A DNA stretch of 62,087 nt from Chloroflexota bacterium (GTDB lineage: Bacteria; Chloroflexota; Limnocylindria; Limnocylindrales; CSP1-4): contig JBEPVB010000001.1 of the NCBI GenBank assembly GCA_041691215.1, forward strand, positions 1 to 62,087. The letters run 5' to 3'. The notes beneath the pieces were generated by a model. It did not search any database, had not been told where the DNA came from, and saw only the letters and a list, made by a program, of their open reading frames with translations. Below, piece after piece: positions 1-11,880 of this stretch. Each line of letters opens with the position of its first letter. The first letter of the stretch is position 1. The translations under genes were made by a program, and so were the position numbers.

Positions 1-1469
1 TTGGCCCGGCTGGCGCGGGGCTTCTTGGCGGCCGGTTCCGTGGCCTCGGCGGCGGCGGCGGCGCGGGGCTTCTTGGCGGCCGGTTCCGTGGCCTCGGCGG
101 CGGTGGCGCGGGGCTTCTTGGCGGCCGGTTCCGTGGCCTCGGCGGCGACGGCCCGGGGCTTCCGGATCGCGACGGCCTTCGCTGCCTCGGCGGCCCTGGG
201 GGCCTTGGCGAGCGCCTTCGAGGCGTCCTTTGGCGCGGTCTCGTCGGCGGTGGCGAGCGGCGTGCCCGACCCATCCCCGGCGCCGGCCTCGGCGAGCTTC
301 CTCGGCTTTGCGGCACGCTTGGGCTTTGCCGCCGGCTCGACGCGCTCGGCCGCGGCCGCGGCCGCGGCCACGCCGGCGGCCGAGATCGGCTCCAGGGCAG
401 CGGTTGGTGGCGCCGCCGCGGCCGCCTTCGCCTCGGCCACCGACACGTCGCTCCGAATGTCGATCCGCCAGCCCGTCAGGCGAGCGGCGAGGCGGGCGTT
501 CTGGCCCTCGCGGCCGATGGCCAGGGAGAGCATCCGCTCTGGAACGGTGACATTGGCGATCCGATGCTCGGTATCGATGTCGACCGAGATGACCTGGGCC
601 GGCGACAGGGCGTTGGCCACGAAGGCCGACGGGTCGTCGTTCCAGGGAATGACGTCGATCTTCTCGCCGCCGAGCTCGGCCACGACCGACTGGACGCGCG
701 CCCCGCGCTGGCCGACCGTGGCGCCGACGGGATCGAGACCGTCCTGGCGCGAGCCGACGGCAACCTTGCTGCGGCTGCCCGCCTCGCGGGCGATCGCCCG
801 GATCTCGACCGTCCCGCTGTGGATCTCGGGAACCTCGAGCTCGAAGAGGCGCTTGAGGAACCCCTTGTGGGTCCGGCTGACGAAGAGGGCGGGGCCCTTT
901 GGCAGGCGCCGAACCTCGAGGACGAAGGCCTTGACGTTCTGGCCGATCCGGTAGTGCTCGAGGGGCGACTGCTCGGTCGTGGCCAGGATGGCCTCCACGC
1001 CCTTGCCCACATCGAGAATGATCGCCCGTGGCTCGACGCGATTGACCGTGCCCGTGATGAGCTCCCCCTCGCGGCTGGCGAACTGGTCGTAGACCACGTC
1101 ACGCTCGGCCTCGCGAAGCCGCTGGAGCACGACCTGCTTGGCGGTCTGGGCGCCGATCCGGCCGAATACGTCGCCGTCAAGCTGCTCGGTCTCGACGAGC
1201 TCGCCGGGCTGGGCGTCCGACTTCACCGCCCGGGCCTCGTCGAGGCTGAACTCGGTCAGGGGGTCCTCGACCTCGGACACGGCCGTACGCGCACGGAACA
1301 CCCGGATCTTGCCGCTCTCGGCGTCGATCTCGACGTGGATGTCCTCCTCGTTAGCGATCCGGCGATAGGCGGACTGGATGGCGTCCTCGACCGTCCGGAT
1401 GAGCTGCTCGCGAGGAACCTGCTTCTCGGCGTTGAGCTGGAGGAGGGCACCGATGAAATCTCGACTCAT
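1..1469 (-). CDS. nusA: Transcription termination/antitermination factor NusA; the 3' end runs off the window.
   Basis: Absent from the ORF track because there is no stop in the window. My minus-strand translation from the ATG at 1469 reads MSRDFIGALLQLNAEKQVPREQLIRTVEDAIQSAYRR... The S1/KH core includes GTVNRVEPRAIILDVGKGVEAIL, GQRGARVQSVVAELGGEKIDVIPW and LAIGREGQNARLAARLTGWRIDIRS. A GGAGGA SD lies upstream. Confidence 0.9.
   Translation of the reverse strand, partial: MSRDFIGALLQLNAEKQVPREQLIRTVEDAIQSAYRRIANEEDIHVEIDAESGKIRVFRARTAVSEVEDPLTEFSLDEARAVKSDAQPGELVETEQLDGDVFGRIGAQTAKQVVLQRLREAERDVVYDQFASREGELITGTVNRVEPRAIILDVGKGVEAILATTEQSPLEHYRIGQNVKAFVLEVRRLPKGPALFVSRTHKGFLKRLFELEVPEIHSGTVEIRAIAREAGSRSKVAVGSRQDGLDPVGATVGQRGARVQSVVAELGGEKIDVIPWNDDPSAFVANALSPAQVISVDIDTEHRIANVTVPERMLSLAIGREGQNARLAARLTGWRIDIRSDVSVAEAKAAAAAPPTAALEPISAAGVAAAAAAAERVEPAAKPKRAAKPRKLAEAGAGDGSGTPLATADETAPKDASKALAKAPRAAEAAKAVAIRKPRAVAAEATEPAAKKPRATAAEATEPAAKKPRAAAAAEATEPAAKKPRASRA
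13..170 (-). repeat. Coding tandem repeat (48- and 45-nt units) forming an Ala/Pro/Lys-rich NusA C-terminal tail.
   Basis: The unit gcgcggggcttcttggcggccggttccgtggcctcggcggcg starts at 13, 61 and 106, with a partial fourth copy. On the minus strand it encodes AAEATEPAAKKPR three times. Confidence 0.8.
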
Positions 1470-1516
1470 GGTCGCATCGTCCTCCATTCGCTCGCTGTGT
1501 CCGGGGTTCTGTCGCC

Positions 1517-1544
1517 GAAAAAAATACGTGGGGGTCACCCACGT
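1517..1544 (-). terminator. Rho-independent terminator between the ispG stop and the nusA start.
   Basis: The minus strand reads ACGTGGG-TGACC-CCCACGT followed by ATTTTTTT. That is a perfect 7-bp GC-rich stem (1526-1544) with a 5-nt loop and a U7 tract (1518-1524). It is one of only two hairpin-plus-U-tract structures seen in the window. Confidence 0.75.
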
Positions 1545-1575
1545 CCACGGAGGCGGCCGAACGTATTAGACCGAA

Positions 1576-1581
1576 AGTATA
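1576..1581 (-). promoter_or_regulatory. Candidate -10 element (TATACT) upstream of the nusA leader.
   Basis: The minus strand reads GGGTCCGTGTCGTATACTTTCGG. This resembles the recurrent GTGCTAnACTCCG block seen upstream of rplS, rpsF and rpsB. It lies upstream of the 1517-1544 terminator. Confidence 0.35.
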
Positions 1582-1611
1582 CGACACGGACCCGCCGATC
1601 GTCGATCGTGG

Positions 1612-2858
<1,247 letters not shown>

Positions 2859-2862
<4 letters not shown>

Positions 2863-3965
2863 CCGCCGGCCAGCCCGCGGGCGATGTCGAAGCCCGTGAC
2901 CCAGACGAGGAAGGCCAGGAGCATGGCGAAGCCGATGAAGTACGTCAGGCGCTCGGCCCGGAGCGAGAGGCGGCTGCCGGCGAAGCGTTTGATGACGAGC
3001 ATCAGCATCCGCCCGCCGTCGAGGGGCGGGAAGGGCAGGATGTTCACCACGGCCAGGTTGGCAGAGAGGATCCCGGCCAGGTACAGCGTCACGAGCGGGC
3101 CGAGGGTCCAGAAGACGTCCCCGATCTGGGTCGCGATCCCGATCGGGCCGGAGGCCGGAGGCGGCTCGGTCGGATGGCTGACGATGGCGGTCGCCAGCTG
3201 CCCGACGCCATCGACGATAAGGGCCATCGCCGACGTCGTCCGGTCGACGCCGAGCTGGAGCGCCTGCCCGATCGGGTAGTTGATCCGATCCGGGGTGGCT
3301 CGGCCCTCCAGCGGATGCGTTGTCGGCTGGCCGATCCCGAGGGCGCCCTTGCCGGCGTCGACGTCCGTCTTCGAGCGGAGCGTGGCCGTGACCTCGACGA
3401 CCTGGCCGTCGCGGCGAATGGTCAGGGCGACCGTCTTGCCGGCGCTGGCGTGGAGCTCGTCGAGGATCGAGCCCGGCCCGAACGCGCCGTAAGCCTGGCC
3501 ATCGACCCGTTCGATGACGTCGCCGACGCGTACACCGGACATCTCCGCGGGCGAGCCCGGATCGACGTACGGCACGTAGACGCCGATCGCAGGATCCCCG
3601 ATCAGGGCGATCCCGGTGAAGATGGCGCCGGCGAGGACGACGTTCATCACGACGCCGGCGACGAGGACGATGAGCTGTCGGGGCAGGCGCTGGGCCGAGA
3701 ATGCCCGCGGATCCTGGGCGCCGTCGCCGTCCTCGCCCTCGAGCTTCACGAAGCCGCCGATCGGCAGCCAGTTCAGGGTGTAGATCGTCTCGCCCCGGTT
3801 GCGGAGGACCTTCGCCCTTGGCGGGAACCCGATCCCGAACTCGAGGACGCGAATCCGGAAGAGCTTGGCCACGACGAAATGGCCGAGCTCGTGGATGACG
3901 ACCAGGGCCCCGAGGATGCCGAAGAAGAGGACGACCGTCACGACGGTCCGGAAGATCTCGCTCAC
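2859..3965 (-). CDS. rseP: Site-2 (M50) zinc metalloprotease, RseP-like.
   Basis: HELGH motif near the N-terminus ([13 protein letters not shown]), a PDZ-like middle region and multiple TM segments. The start overlaps the dxr stop. Confidence 0.9.
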
Positions 3966-5221
3966 GCCACGGGCCCGGTCGCGTACGAGGCCCGGATCTC
4001 GGCATCCAGGGCGACGAGGTCATCGATCGACGGCGGGGGTCCGGCCTGTTGGCCATACCGTTCGACCGCCGTGCCGAGGAGCTGCGCGATCCCGGGAAAA
4101 TCGAGGGTGCCGTCCATGAAGCGGGCCACCCCGACCTCGTCGGCGGCAATGAGGGCCGCCGTCGCCCATGGTCCCATCAGGCCGGCCCCGCGAGCGATCC
4201 GGAGGGCCGGGAAGCGGTCCAGGTCCGGGGCCCGGAACTCGAGCCGCCCGATCTCCACGAGGTCGGGGGCCGCGGCCGGCGACGGCAGGCGATGCGGATA
4301 GGTCAGGGCGTACTGGATTGGCAAGCGCATGTCCGGGGTGCCCAGCTGGGCCTTGAGGGAGCCGTCGACGAACTGGACGGCGGAGTGGACCACCGATTGC
4401 GGGTGGATCACGACGTCGATCGCGTCGTAGTCGACATCGTACAGCCAGTGCGCCTCCACGACCTCCAGGCCCTTGTTGGCCAGGGTGGCGCTGTCGATCG
4501 TGATCTTGGCCCCCATCGACCAGGTCGGGTGACGAAGCGCCTGCTCCGGGCTGACCGCCGCGAGCGCGGCCGGATCGATGTCGAGGAACGGGCCGCCCGA
4601 CGCGGTCAGGATGAGGCGGGCGATGGTCCCCGGCGCCTCGCCGACGAGGCACTGCCAGATCGCGGAGTGCTCGGAGTCGATCGGCCGCACCCAGCCGAGG
4701 GCGCTGGCCAGGGGGTCCCCGGGGGCCTCGGCCGCGCGCGCCGAGGCGAGCGCCCGCGCCAGCGGCATCACCAGGTGCCCGCCGGCGACCAGGGTCTCCT
4801 TGTTGGCCGTCGCGACGGGCGTGCCGGCCGCGAGGGCCGCCAGGACCGGCCGGAGGCTCACCATGCCGCCCGTGCCGACGATCAGGAGGTCGACGTCGTC
4901 CCGGGCGGCCAACGCCTCCAGGGCCGTCGCGCCGACCTCGATCGTCGAGGCCCTGGGGAGGTCGCCGAGGGCCTCGAGATCCGCATCCTCGGCCGTGACG
5001 ACGACCCTCGGCCGGAGGGCCCGGGCCTGGTCGCCCAGGAGGGATGTGTTGCGGCCTCCGCCAAGACCCACCACCTCGAAGCGTCCGTCGCGGGCCAGGA
5101 TCTCGACCGCCTGGCGGCCGATCGAGCCCGTCGAGCCGAGCAGGGCGACGCGGATCGGGCGGCCGTCGTCTCGCGGTCCCGGCCTGTGACCGGGCCGATC
5201 AGCGGAACGCGACGAGGACAT
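3962..5221 (-). CDS. dxr: 1-deoxy-D-xylulose 5-phosphate reductoisomerase.
   Basis: [25 protein letters not shown]-binding N-terminus and the conserved DXR core. The start is set at ATG 5221; the longer track ORF start at 5281 would overlap cdsA more deeply. Confidence 0.9.
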   Translation of the reverse strand: MSSSRSADRPGHRPGPRDDGRPIRVALLGSTGSIGRQAVEILARDGRFEVVGLGGGRNTSLLGDQARALRPRVVVTAEDADLEALGDLPRASTIEVGATALEALAARDDVDLLIVGTGGMVSLRPVLAALAAGTPVATANKETLVAGGHLVMPLARALASARAAEAPGDPLASALGWVRPIDSEHSAIWQCLVGEAPGTIARLILTASGGPFLDIDPAALAAVSPEQALRHPTWSMGAKITIDSATLANKGLEVVEAHWLYDVDYDAIDVVIHPQSVVHSAVQFVDGSLKAQLGTPDMRLPIQYALTYPHRLPSPAAAPDLVEIGRLEFRAPDLDRFPALRIARGAGLMGPWATAALIAADEVGVARFMDGTLDFPGIAQLLGTAVERYGQQAGPPPSIDDLVALDAEIRASYATGPVA

Positions 5222-6029
5222 AGAGCACCACGGCCGGCGCCGCGAAGAGGAAGGAGTCGATGCGGTCGAGCATCCCGCCATGACCCGGGATCAGCTGGCC
5301 GGAATCCTTGGCCCCGGCCGCTCGCTTGAGCATCGACTCGACGAGGTCGCCGGCCTGGGCCGCGGCTGCGATCACCGGCCCGAGCAGCACGCCGACCAGC
5401 CACGACCCGCCCGCGAGCGTCACCAGGACGGTCGTCACGATGGCCACGGTCAGCGTCCCGCCGATCACGCCTTCGACCGTCTTGGCCGGCGAGATATGGG
5501 CCATGAACGGCCGCCGGCCGATCCGCCGGCCGACAGCGTAGGCACCGGTATCGAAGGCCCAGACGCCCAGGATCAGGATCAGGAGCCAGCCTCGGGCCGG
5601 GCCGAGGAAGGCAAGCGCCGCCCCGTCGGGCATTGCCGGAGCCGCAGTCGCGAGGCGAGGCACGAAGCCGAGGAGGCCCACGTAGAGCGCTCCGAAGGTC
5701 GTTGTGGCAAAGCTGGCCAGCCCATCGCGCGGATCCTGGCGGGTCAGGGCGGCGGCCCCGGTCAGGATGACGCCGAGGCTCGCCAGGAGGATGGCCGACC
5801 CGGGCGGCATCGAGGGGATGGAATCGCCGAGAGCAATGACGAGGGCAAGGACCACGCCCAGCGCCGGGAACGACGGGTAGCCGGCCGCTCCGAGCAGGCG
5901 GAACGCTTCTCGCGCCCCGACGCCGACGGCGATAGCGACGACGGCGATGACCCACGGTCCGCCCAGCCAGAGGACGACGAGGAGCGGCGGGACGAGGAGC
6001 GCAGCGCTCCTCGCGCGGTCGCGGAGCAT
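5199..6029 (-). CDS. cdsA: Phosphatidate cytidylyltransferase.
   Basis: C-terminal signature [28 protein letters not shown] in a polytopic membrane protein. The start is trimmed to ATG 6029, 7 nt after the uppS stop. Confidence 0.85.
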   Translation of the reverse strand: MLRDRARSAALLVPPLLVVLWLGGPWVIAVVAIAVGVGAREAFRLLGAAGYPSFPALGVVLALVIALGDSIPSMPPGSAILLASLGVILTGAAALTRQDPRDGLASFATTTFGALYVGLLGFVPRLATAAPAMPDGAALAFLGPARGWLLILILGVWAFDTGAYAVGRRIGRRPFMAHISPAKTVEGVIGGTLTVAIVTTVLVTLAGGSWLVGVLLGPVIAAAAQAGDLVESMLKRAAGAKDSGQLIPGHGGMLDRIDSFLFAAPAVVLYVLVAFR

Positions 6030-6036
6030 CCCGCCG

Positions 6037-6831
6037 TCAGCGACCGAACCGGCGCTGTCGCGACGCGTACTCCTGGAGGGCCGCGTCGAGCTCCGCGGCA
6101 TCGAAGTCCGGCCAGAGCGTGTCCGTCGTCACCAGCTCAGCGTACGCGGCCTGCCAGATCAGGAAGTTCGAGAGCCGCTGCTCGCCGCCCGTCCTGATGA
6201 CGAGGTCGGGGTCCGGCGAGCCGGCCGTGTAGAGGGCGGCGGCGATCGTGGCCTCGTCGACCTGGTCAGCGCTCGCGCCCGAAGCCACGATCGAGCGGAC
6301 GGCGTCGACCAGCTCGGTCCGGCCGGCGTAGTTGAAGGCGATGTTCAGGAGCATCTCGGCGCCGTCGGACGTCGCGGCCAGGGCATCGTCGATGGAGGCC
6401 CGGGTCTCGTCGGGCAGCTCGTGGGTCCGGCCGATCATCCGGACCCGGACGCCCTGGGCCCTGAGCTCCGTGGTCTCGTTGCGAATGGCGGCCTCGAGGA
6501 GGCCGAAGAGGGCCGTGACCTCGTCATCGCTGCGGGCCCAGTTCTCGCGGCTGAAGGCGTACAGCGTCAGGACCCGGATGCCCCGCCGCCGGGCGTGGCG
6601 GAGGACCCCCCGGATGGCCTCGACCCCGGCCGGATGGCCTTCCAGGTCGTCCAACCCGCGCTGCCGGGCCCAGCGCCGATTGCCATCCATGATGATCGCC
6701 ACGTGGCGGGGAAGCTCGGCCGCCGAAGCGGCGGGCGGGAGATCCGGGGCTCGGTCCTCGTCGAGCGGGGCGTCCGACTCGTGGGCCGTTGGCGGCGCGT
6801 CGGTCGGCCGGACGAGGGGTGCGCGCGCCAC
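6037..6831 (-). CDS. uppS: Isoprenyl transferase / undecaprenyl diphosphate synthase.
   Basis: [17 protein letters not shown] motif. The GTG start overlaps the frr stop by 1 nt (TAGTG). Confidence 0.95.
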   Translation of the reverse strand: MARAPLVRPTDAPPTAHESDAPLDEDRAPDLPPAASAAELPRHVAIIMDGNRRWARQRGLDDLEGHPAGVEAIRGVLRHARRRGIRVLTLYAFSRENWARSDDEVTALFGLLEAAIRNETTELRAQGVRVRMIGRTHELPDETRASIDDALAATSDGAEMLLNIAFNYAGRTELVDAVRSIVASGASADQVDEATIAAALYTAGSPDPDLVIRTGGEQRLSNFLIWQAAYAELVTTDTLWPDFDAAELDAALQEYASRQRRFGR

Positions 6832-7388
6832 TAGACCTCCAGGACCTCCTGTTCCTTTGTCGCACCGACGCGATCGACCTCGTCAATGTGACGATCGGTG
6901 GCCTTCTGGATGGCCTCCTGGACGCGATGCGCCTCGTCGGTCCCGACCTCGCCGTCGCGCTCCGACTTCTTGAGCTGATCGGCAGCCTCGCGCCGGAGGT
7001 TGCGGATCTCGACCCGTGCTTCCTCCATCCGCTTGTGGACGACCTTCACGAGATCGCGCCGGCGCTCCTCGGTGAGCTGCGGGATGTTGAGCCGGACGAC
7101 GGTCCCGTCGACGTTCGGGGTCAGCCCGATGTCGCTCTTGAGGATCGCCTTCTCGATCGCCCCCAGGACGCTCCGATCCCAGGGCTGGATGACGATCTGG
7201 TGGGCCTCCGGGACGCTGATCCCGGCCAGCTGGTTGAGGGGCGTCTGGGTGCCGTAGTAGTCCACGTGGATGCGCTCGACGAGGTTGGTCGAAGCCCGGC
7301 CCGTGCGGATGCTCTGGAAGTCGCGCTCCATGGCCTCGATCGCGCGGCCCATCTTGTGATCGGCGCTGGCGACGATGTCGTTGCTCAT
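6831..7388 (-). CDS. frr: Ribosome recycling factor.
   Basis: Full-length RRF-like sequence (185 aa; ...[21 protein letters not shown]...). Confidence 0.97.
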   Translation of the reverse strand: MSNDIVASADHKMGRAIEAMERDFQSIRTGRASTNLVERIHVDYYGTQTPLNQLAGISVPEAHQIVIQPWDRSVLGAIEKAILKSDIGLTPNVDGTVVRLNIPQLTEERRRDLVKVVHKRMEEARVEIRNLRREAADQLKKSERDGEVGTDEAHRVQEAIQKATDRHIDEVDRVGATKEQEVLEV

Positions 7389-8143
7389 GCCTGCCCGCCT
7401 CCCGGCGTCGGAGCCGTGATGAGAGTCCCGACCGACTCGCCGAGTGCTACCCGAGCGATGTTATCCGGCCGATTAAGGTCGAAGACGACGATCGGCAGGT
7501 CATTTTCCATGCATAGCGAAACCGCGGCAGCGTCCATGACCTTGAGCTGATCCCGGAGGAGGTCGGCGTAGACGAGCCGATCGTACCGCCGGGCTGCGGG
7601 ATTCTTGAGCGGATCCGCATCGTAGACGCCGTCGACCCGGGTCGCCTTGAGGAGGACCTCGGCCCCGATCTCGACCGCCCGGAGGGCCGCCGCCGTATCG
7701 GTCGTGAAGTAGGGATTGCCAGTGCCGGCCACGAAGATCGCGACCCGGCCCTTCTCGAGGTGACGGACGGCCCGCCGCCGGATATAGGGCTCGGCGATCT
7801 CGTTCATGGCGATCGCGCTCATGACCCGAACCGGGATCCCGGCCCGCTCGACCGCATCCTGGAGGGCCAGGCCGTTCATGACCGTGGCCAGCATGCCGAT
7901 GTAGTCACCGGTCGCCCGATCCATGCCCGCCGCCGAAGCGGCCAGCCCCCGAAAGATGTTGCCGCCGCCGACCACGATCCCGACCTGAACGCCGGTGGCG
8001 TGGACGGTCGCGATCTGGCGGGCGATGAAGGCGCACACGGCCGGATCAACGCCGTAGCTGCGATCGCCGAGGAGGGCTTCCCCGGAGAGCTTGAGGAGGA
8101 TCCGGGCGTAGCGCGGCGATGCGACGTCCTTGCCCGCGGTCAC
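7385..8143 (-). CDS. pyrH: UMP kinase.
   Basis: [12 protein letters not shown]-terminal motif and an amino-acid kinase fold. It overlaps its neighbours by 4 nt. Confidence 0.97.
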   Translation of the reverse strand: MTAGKDVASPRYARILLKLSGEALLGDRSYGVDPAVCAFIARQIATVHATGVQVGIVVGGGNIFRGLAASAAGMDRATGDYIGMLATVMNGLALQDAVERAGIPVRVMSAIAMNEIAEPYIRRRAVRHLEKGRVAIFVAGTGNPYFTTDTAAALRAVEIGAEVLLKATRVDGVYDADPLKNPAARRYDRLVYADLLRDQLKVMDAAAVSLCMENDLPIVVFDLNRPDNIARVALGESVGTLITAPTPGGGQA

Positions 8144-8739
8144 TGCTCCTCCCCGAGGGCGTAACGCATGAACCGCCGGACCCGGATGTTCTCGCCGATC
8201 TTTGCGATCTTCTCCGTGACGAGGTCACGAACCGTGCGCTCCTCGTCGCGGAAGGGCTGGTCGAGGAGACAGACCTCGCGATACCACTTCTTGAGCTGGC
8301 CCTCGACGATCTTCTCCCGGATCTCGGCCGGCTTGGATGCGGCTGTGGGGTCGGCCGCGAGCTCGGCCTTCTTGCGCTCGAGATCGGCCGCCGGGATGGC
8401 CTCGGCGTCGACGTACTGCGGTGCCAGTCCGGCGACCTGGACCGCGAGGTCCCGGACGAGCTTCTGGAACTCGTCCGTGCGGGCGACGAAGTCCGTCTCG
8501 CAGTTGACCTCTATCAGGACGCCGACCCGGCCACCGGTGTGGATGTAGCTGGAGATGAGGCCCTCGCGGGCGTCGCGGCCGGCCTTCTTGGCGGCCGCCG
8601 AGAGGCCTCGCTCCCGCAGCAGCAGGACCGCCTTCTCCACGTCGCCGCCGGTCTCCTCGAGGACGCGCTTGCAGTCCATGAACCCGGCGCCCGTGAGCTC
8701 GCGAAGGTTCTTGACCGCCTCGGCGCTGATCGTGGCCAT
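8140..8739 (-). CDS. tsf: Elongation factor Ts (short, about 199-aa form).
   Basis: UBA-like N-terminus [21 protein letters not shown]. Confidence 0.95.
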   Translation of the reverse strand: MATISAEAVKNLRELTGAGFMDCKRVLEETGGDVEKAVLLLRERGLSAAAKKAGRDAREGLISSYIHTGGRVGVLIEVNCETDFVARTDEFQKLVRDLAVQVAGLAPQYVDAEAIPAADLERKKAELAADPTAASKPAEIREKIVEGQLKKWYREVCLLDQPFRDEERTVRDLVTEKIAKIGENIRVRRFMRYALGEEQ

Positions 8740-8810
8740 GCTCGTTCGATGCTCCTTGGTCGAAGCGGCGGACCCTGGGCGCGCCGCGGGATGGTTCGGT
8801 GGTTCGGGCC

Positions 8811-9758
8811 TCAGCCCGCGGATTCGGTCGCCGCTCGCTCGGCGGCTTCGCGGGCCAGCTCGGCCGCGATCTCATCGGGCGTCGCGGCCGGCGGCTCCTC
8901 GGCGGCCGGCACCACCGGAGCGCCGGGCAGGAGATCGTCGTCATCGTCGGGAGCGAAGCTCAGCGCGGCGCCGCCGGCCAGGGCGGCCACGAGGGCATCG
9001 CTGGCCCCGACGTCGTCGTACTCCGGTTCGGCGGTCAGCGGCTCGGGCTCGGGCTCCATGGTCGCCCGATTGGCCCGGTCGTTGGCGCCCTCGAGCGCGG
9101 CATCCGCGACGAGCGAGCAGAGCAGCCGGATCGCGCGGATGGCGTCGTCGTTGGCCGGGATGATGTAGTCGAGCTCGTCCGGGTCGACGTTCGTGTCGCC
9201 CGTCCCGACGACCGGGATCTCGAGCTTGTTCGCCTCGGTGACAGCGATCCGTTCGCGATGCGGGTCGACGATGAAGACGGCCCCTGGGAGGCGCTTCATC
9301 TTGCGGATGCCGCCGAGCGTGGCATTGAGCTTGTCAAGCTCCTCGGTCAGCTTCGCGGCCTCCTTCTTGGGGAGGCGCTCGAACTCGCCGGCCTGCTGGC
9401 GCGCCTCGAGCTGCTCGAGCAGCCCGATCCGCTTCTTGATGGTCACGAAGTTGGTGAGCATGCCGCCCAGCCAGCGCTTGTTCACCCAGGGCATGCCGGC
9501 CCGGGCGGCTTCCTGGGCTACGGGCTCCTGGGCCTGCTTCTTGGTCCCGACGAAGAGGACCGACTCGCCCCGGGCGACGGTTTCGCGGACGTAGTCGAGG
9601 GCGGTCTCCAGTCGTTGGGCGGTCTGGGCCAGGTCAATGATGTGGATGCCGTTGCGCTCGGCGAAGATGAACGGGCGCATCTTGGGGTTCCAGCGGCGAG
9701 TCTGGTGACCGAAGTGGACACCGGCTTCGAGCAGCTGCCGCATCGAGACGGACGGCAC
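8811..9758 (-). CDS. rpsB: 30S ribosomal protein S2 with an acidic C-terminal extension.
   Basis: [22 protein letters not shown] motif. The start is set at GTG 9758, which has GGAGG 7 nt upstream; the track ORF start at 9881 is probably too long. Confidence 0.93.
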   Translation of the reverse strand: MPSVSMRQLLEAGVHFGHQTRRWNPKMRPFIFAERNGIHIIDLAQTAQRLETALDYVRETVARGESVLFVGTKKQAQEPVAQEAARAGMPWVNKRWLGGMLTNFVTIKKRIGLLEQLEARQQAGEFERLPKKEAAKLTEELDKLNATLGGIRKMKRLPGAVFIVDPHRERIAVTEANKLEIPVVGTGDTNVDPDELDYIIPANDDAIRAIRLLCSLVADAALEGANDRANRATMEPEPEPLTAEPEYDDVGASDALVAALAGGAALSFAPDDDDDLLPGAPVVPAAEEPPAATPDEIAAELAREAAERAATESAG

Positions 9759-9933
9759 GGGTTGACCTCCAGGTTCGGTTATGTCCGCCGCGGACCACGT
9801 CGCCGGGGGCCGTCCGGCGCCCTTCTCGAGCGATCCGTCCGGCACCGTCCCGGTCGGGAACGGTCCGCGTGTGAGCTCCACCGCCAGGTGACGATGGGCA
9901 AGGATTCAGCGCGGACGGTCCGCGGCGGGCCGG

Positions 9934-9939
9934 AGTGTA
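9934..9939 (-). promoter_or_regulatory. Candidate -10 element (TACACT, with upstream TG) for rpsB-tsf.
   Basis: The minus strand reads CCCTGTGCTACACTCCGG, the same block type as at rplS and rpsF. It implies a leader of about 170 nt. Confidence 0.35.
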
Positions 9940-10045
9940 GCACAGGGTCTCGAGGCCGCCCCCAGGACGACTTCGAGGCGGCCTCCGAGGCGGCACCGGG
10001 CCAATCCGGGAGGCGACCGCGATGACGTCCGGAGCCGCCAGGCGA

Positions 10046-10438
10046 TCAGATGGCGGCCACGTGATGACGGATCCGGACGGCACCGCCCTTGGTCACGGGC
10101 GGTTCGACGACCACCAGGTCGAGGCGCAGCGGCAGCGGAGGCACGGCCGTGCCATCGGGCAGGACCCCCTGCTCCCGGAGGGCCTGGGCGGCCCGCCGCA
10201 ACCGGAGCCGCTTACGGATGTCGACGGTCTCCTCGGGCAGGCCGAAGTCGCGGCTGGCGCGGGCCCGGACCTCGACGACGACGAGCCGAGCCGGGGCCAC
10301 CGGGTCGATGGCGACGATGTCCAGCTCCGCCCGCCCGACACGAACCTGGCGGCCGAGGATTCGCCAGCCGGCGGCGACCAGCCGCTCACTGACGAGACGT
10401 TCGGCGTCGTCCCCGATTCGCTGGGCCTGGGTCCGCAT
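10046..10438 (-). CDS. yraN: YraN-family (UPF0102) endonuclease-like protein.
   Basis: MRTQAQRIGDDAERLVSERLVAAGWRILGRQVRVGRAELDIVA... The upstream part of track ORF 10046..10627 overlaps rnhB and was trimmed. Confidence 0.8.
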   Translation of the reverse strand: MRTQAQRIGDDAERLVSERLVAAGWRILGRQVRVGRAELDIVAIDPVAPARLVVVEVRARASRDFGLPEETVDIRKRLRLRRAAQALREQGVLPDGTAVPPLPLRLDLVVVEPPVTKGGAVRIRHHVAAI

Positions 10439-10532
10439 CGGATGCAGGATTGCAGCGGCCGATGCACTGCGGCTTATCTGGCCCGGTGGATCGGGGCCGT
10501 CGGGGGGTCGACCGCGGACGTGCGAGACCGCC

Positions 10533-11342
10533 TCAGCTGCCGACCAGGACCTCAGCCTCGGCGTCCATCGGGAAGTCGAGCTCCAGCGTGTCGGCCAGGT
10601 CGGCCACGAGGTCGGACACGTCGACACCTCGACGAGTCGCCATCACCGGCACGGCCGGGCGCGTGATCGACCTGCCGCCGGTCAGCTCGTCGGCCTGAAA
10701 GCCCAGGTCGATCTGGTCGCCGGCGAGCGTGCGCTGGAGGGCGAGGAAGCTGCGCCGATGGAACGGCGTGAGGCCCAGCCGGCGGATCGCCAGACGGTGC
10801 TCCAGGGTGGCGTAGCCCTGGTTGTGCTCCCAGCCGTAGCCGGGATAGCGAGCGGCGAGCCCGGCCATCATCCGATCGCGGACGACCTTGGCCACGATTG
10901 AGGCGCAGGCGATGGAATAGACCCGCGCGTCGCCGTCGACGATCGCCGTGTACGGCCCGACGTGGGATTCGAAGTTCGCAATCCGATTGCCGTCGACGAG
11001 GACATGATCGTGGCCCGCCAGGCGGGCCACGGCGCGGCGCATGGCGAGATGGGTTGCGTGATAGATGTTGAGGCGGTCGATCTCCTCGACCGAGGCCGCC
11101 CCGACCGCGACCGCGGCAGCGCGGCGGCGGATCTCGGGCGCGAGCCGTTCCCGCTGCGCAGCCGACAGCGTCTTCGAATCGCGGACACCCTCGATGCGAT
11201 GGCTGTTGGGCCGGATGATGACCGCGGCCGCTACCACGGCGCCACAGGTCGGGGCCACCCCGACCTCGTCGACCCCCGCGACCCGGGACGCGCCGGCCCG
11301 CCAGAGCGGACGCTCGAAGCGGAGGGAGGGGACCTGCGGCAC
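10533..11342 (-). CDS. rnhB: Ribonuclease HII with a C-terminal extension of about 55 aa.
   Basis: GVDEVGVAPTCGAVVAAAV catalytic N-terminus and ...TPFHRRSF near the usual end. Confidence 0.9.
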   Translation of the reverse strand: MPQVPSLRFERPLWRAGASRVAGVDEVGVAPTCGAVVAAAVIIRPNSHRIEGVRDSKTLSAAQRERLAPEIRRRAAAVAVGAASVEEIDRLNIYHATHLAMRRAVARLAGHDHVLVDGNRIANFESHVGPYTAIVDGDARVYSIACASIVAKVVRDRMMAGLAARYPGYGWEHNQGYATLEHRLAIRRLGLTPFHRRSFLALQRTLAGDQIDLGFQADELTGGRSITRPAVPVMATRRGVDVSDLVADLADTLELDFPMDAEAEVLVGS

Positions 11343-11450
11343 GGACGCTAGCCTACCGCCCCGGCCCGACCGTCGCCGGCGCGCCGGGGGCCCCTGGATC
11401 GGGCGGGTTCGGGGCCGGGCGGGGCGGGGCGGGGCCGGCGGGACCTGCGC

Positions 11451-11801
11451 CTAGCTCGTGGTGCGGCGCTCGCGGAGGGTCGCGGCCTTGCCGACGCGCT
11501 TGCGCAGGAAGTACAGCTGGGCCCGGCGGACCTGACCGTGGCGCACGACGTCGATCTTCTCGATCCGGGGACTGTTGATCTTGAAGGTGCGCTCGACGCC
11601 TACGCCGCTGGCGATCTTGCGAACGGTGATCGAGCGGGTGATCCCGCCGCCGCGGAGCCGCATGATCACGCCCTCGAAGACCTGGACGCGCTCCTTGCCG
11701 CCTTCGACCACGCGGGCCGAGACGCGGACCGTGTCGCCGCTGGCGAGGGTCGGCAGGTCGGTTCGGAGCTGTTCGGCGACGATCTCGTCGAGCACGTTCA
11801 C
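11451..11801 (-). CDS. rplS: 50S ribosomal protein L19.
   Basis: C-terminal 116 aa of track ORF 11451..12536 ([16 protein letters not shown]...[18 protein letters not shown]). The GTG at 11801 is preceded by AGGAACC. Confidence 0.95.
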   Translation of the reverse strand: MNVLDEIVAEQLRTDLPTLASGDTVRVSARVVEGGKERVQVFEGVIMRLRGGGITRSITVRKIASGVGVERTFKINSPRIEKIDVVRHGQVRRAQLYFLRKRVGKAATLRERRTTS

Positions 11802-11880
11802 GGGTGGTGGTTCCTGATCGTGTGGCAGCGCGTCGCTGCGGGATGGTCGGTGGATCGACCGGGCCGGAGGTCGACCGGCG

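Noticed and set aside
9759-10045. Hidden ncRNA gene (SRP RNA, 6S or RNase P) in the 287-nt gap upstream of rpsB.
   Set aside because: No conserved SRP domain IV motif or other hallmark sequences were recognised. The region is more simply an rpsB promoter plus leader.
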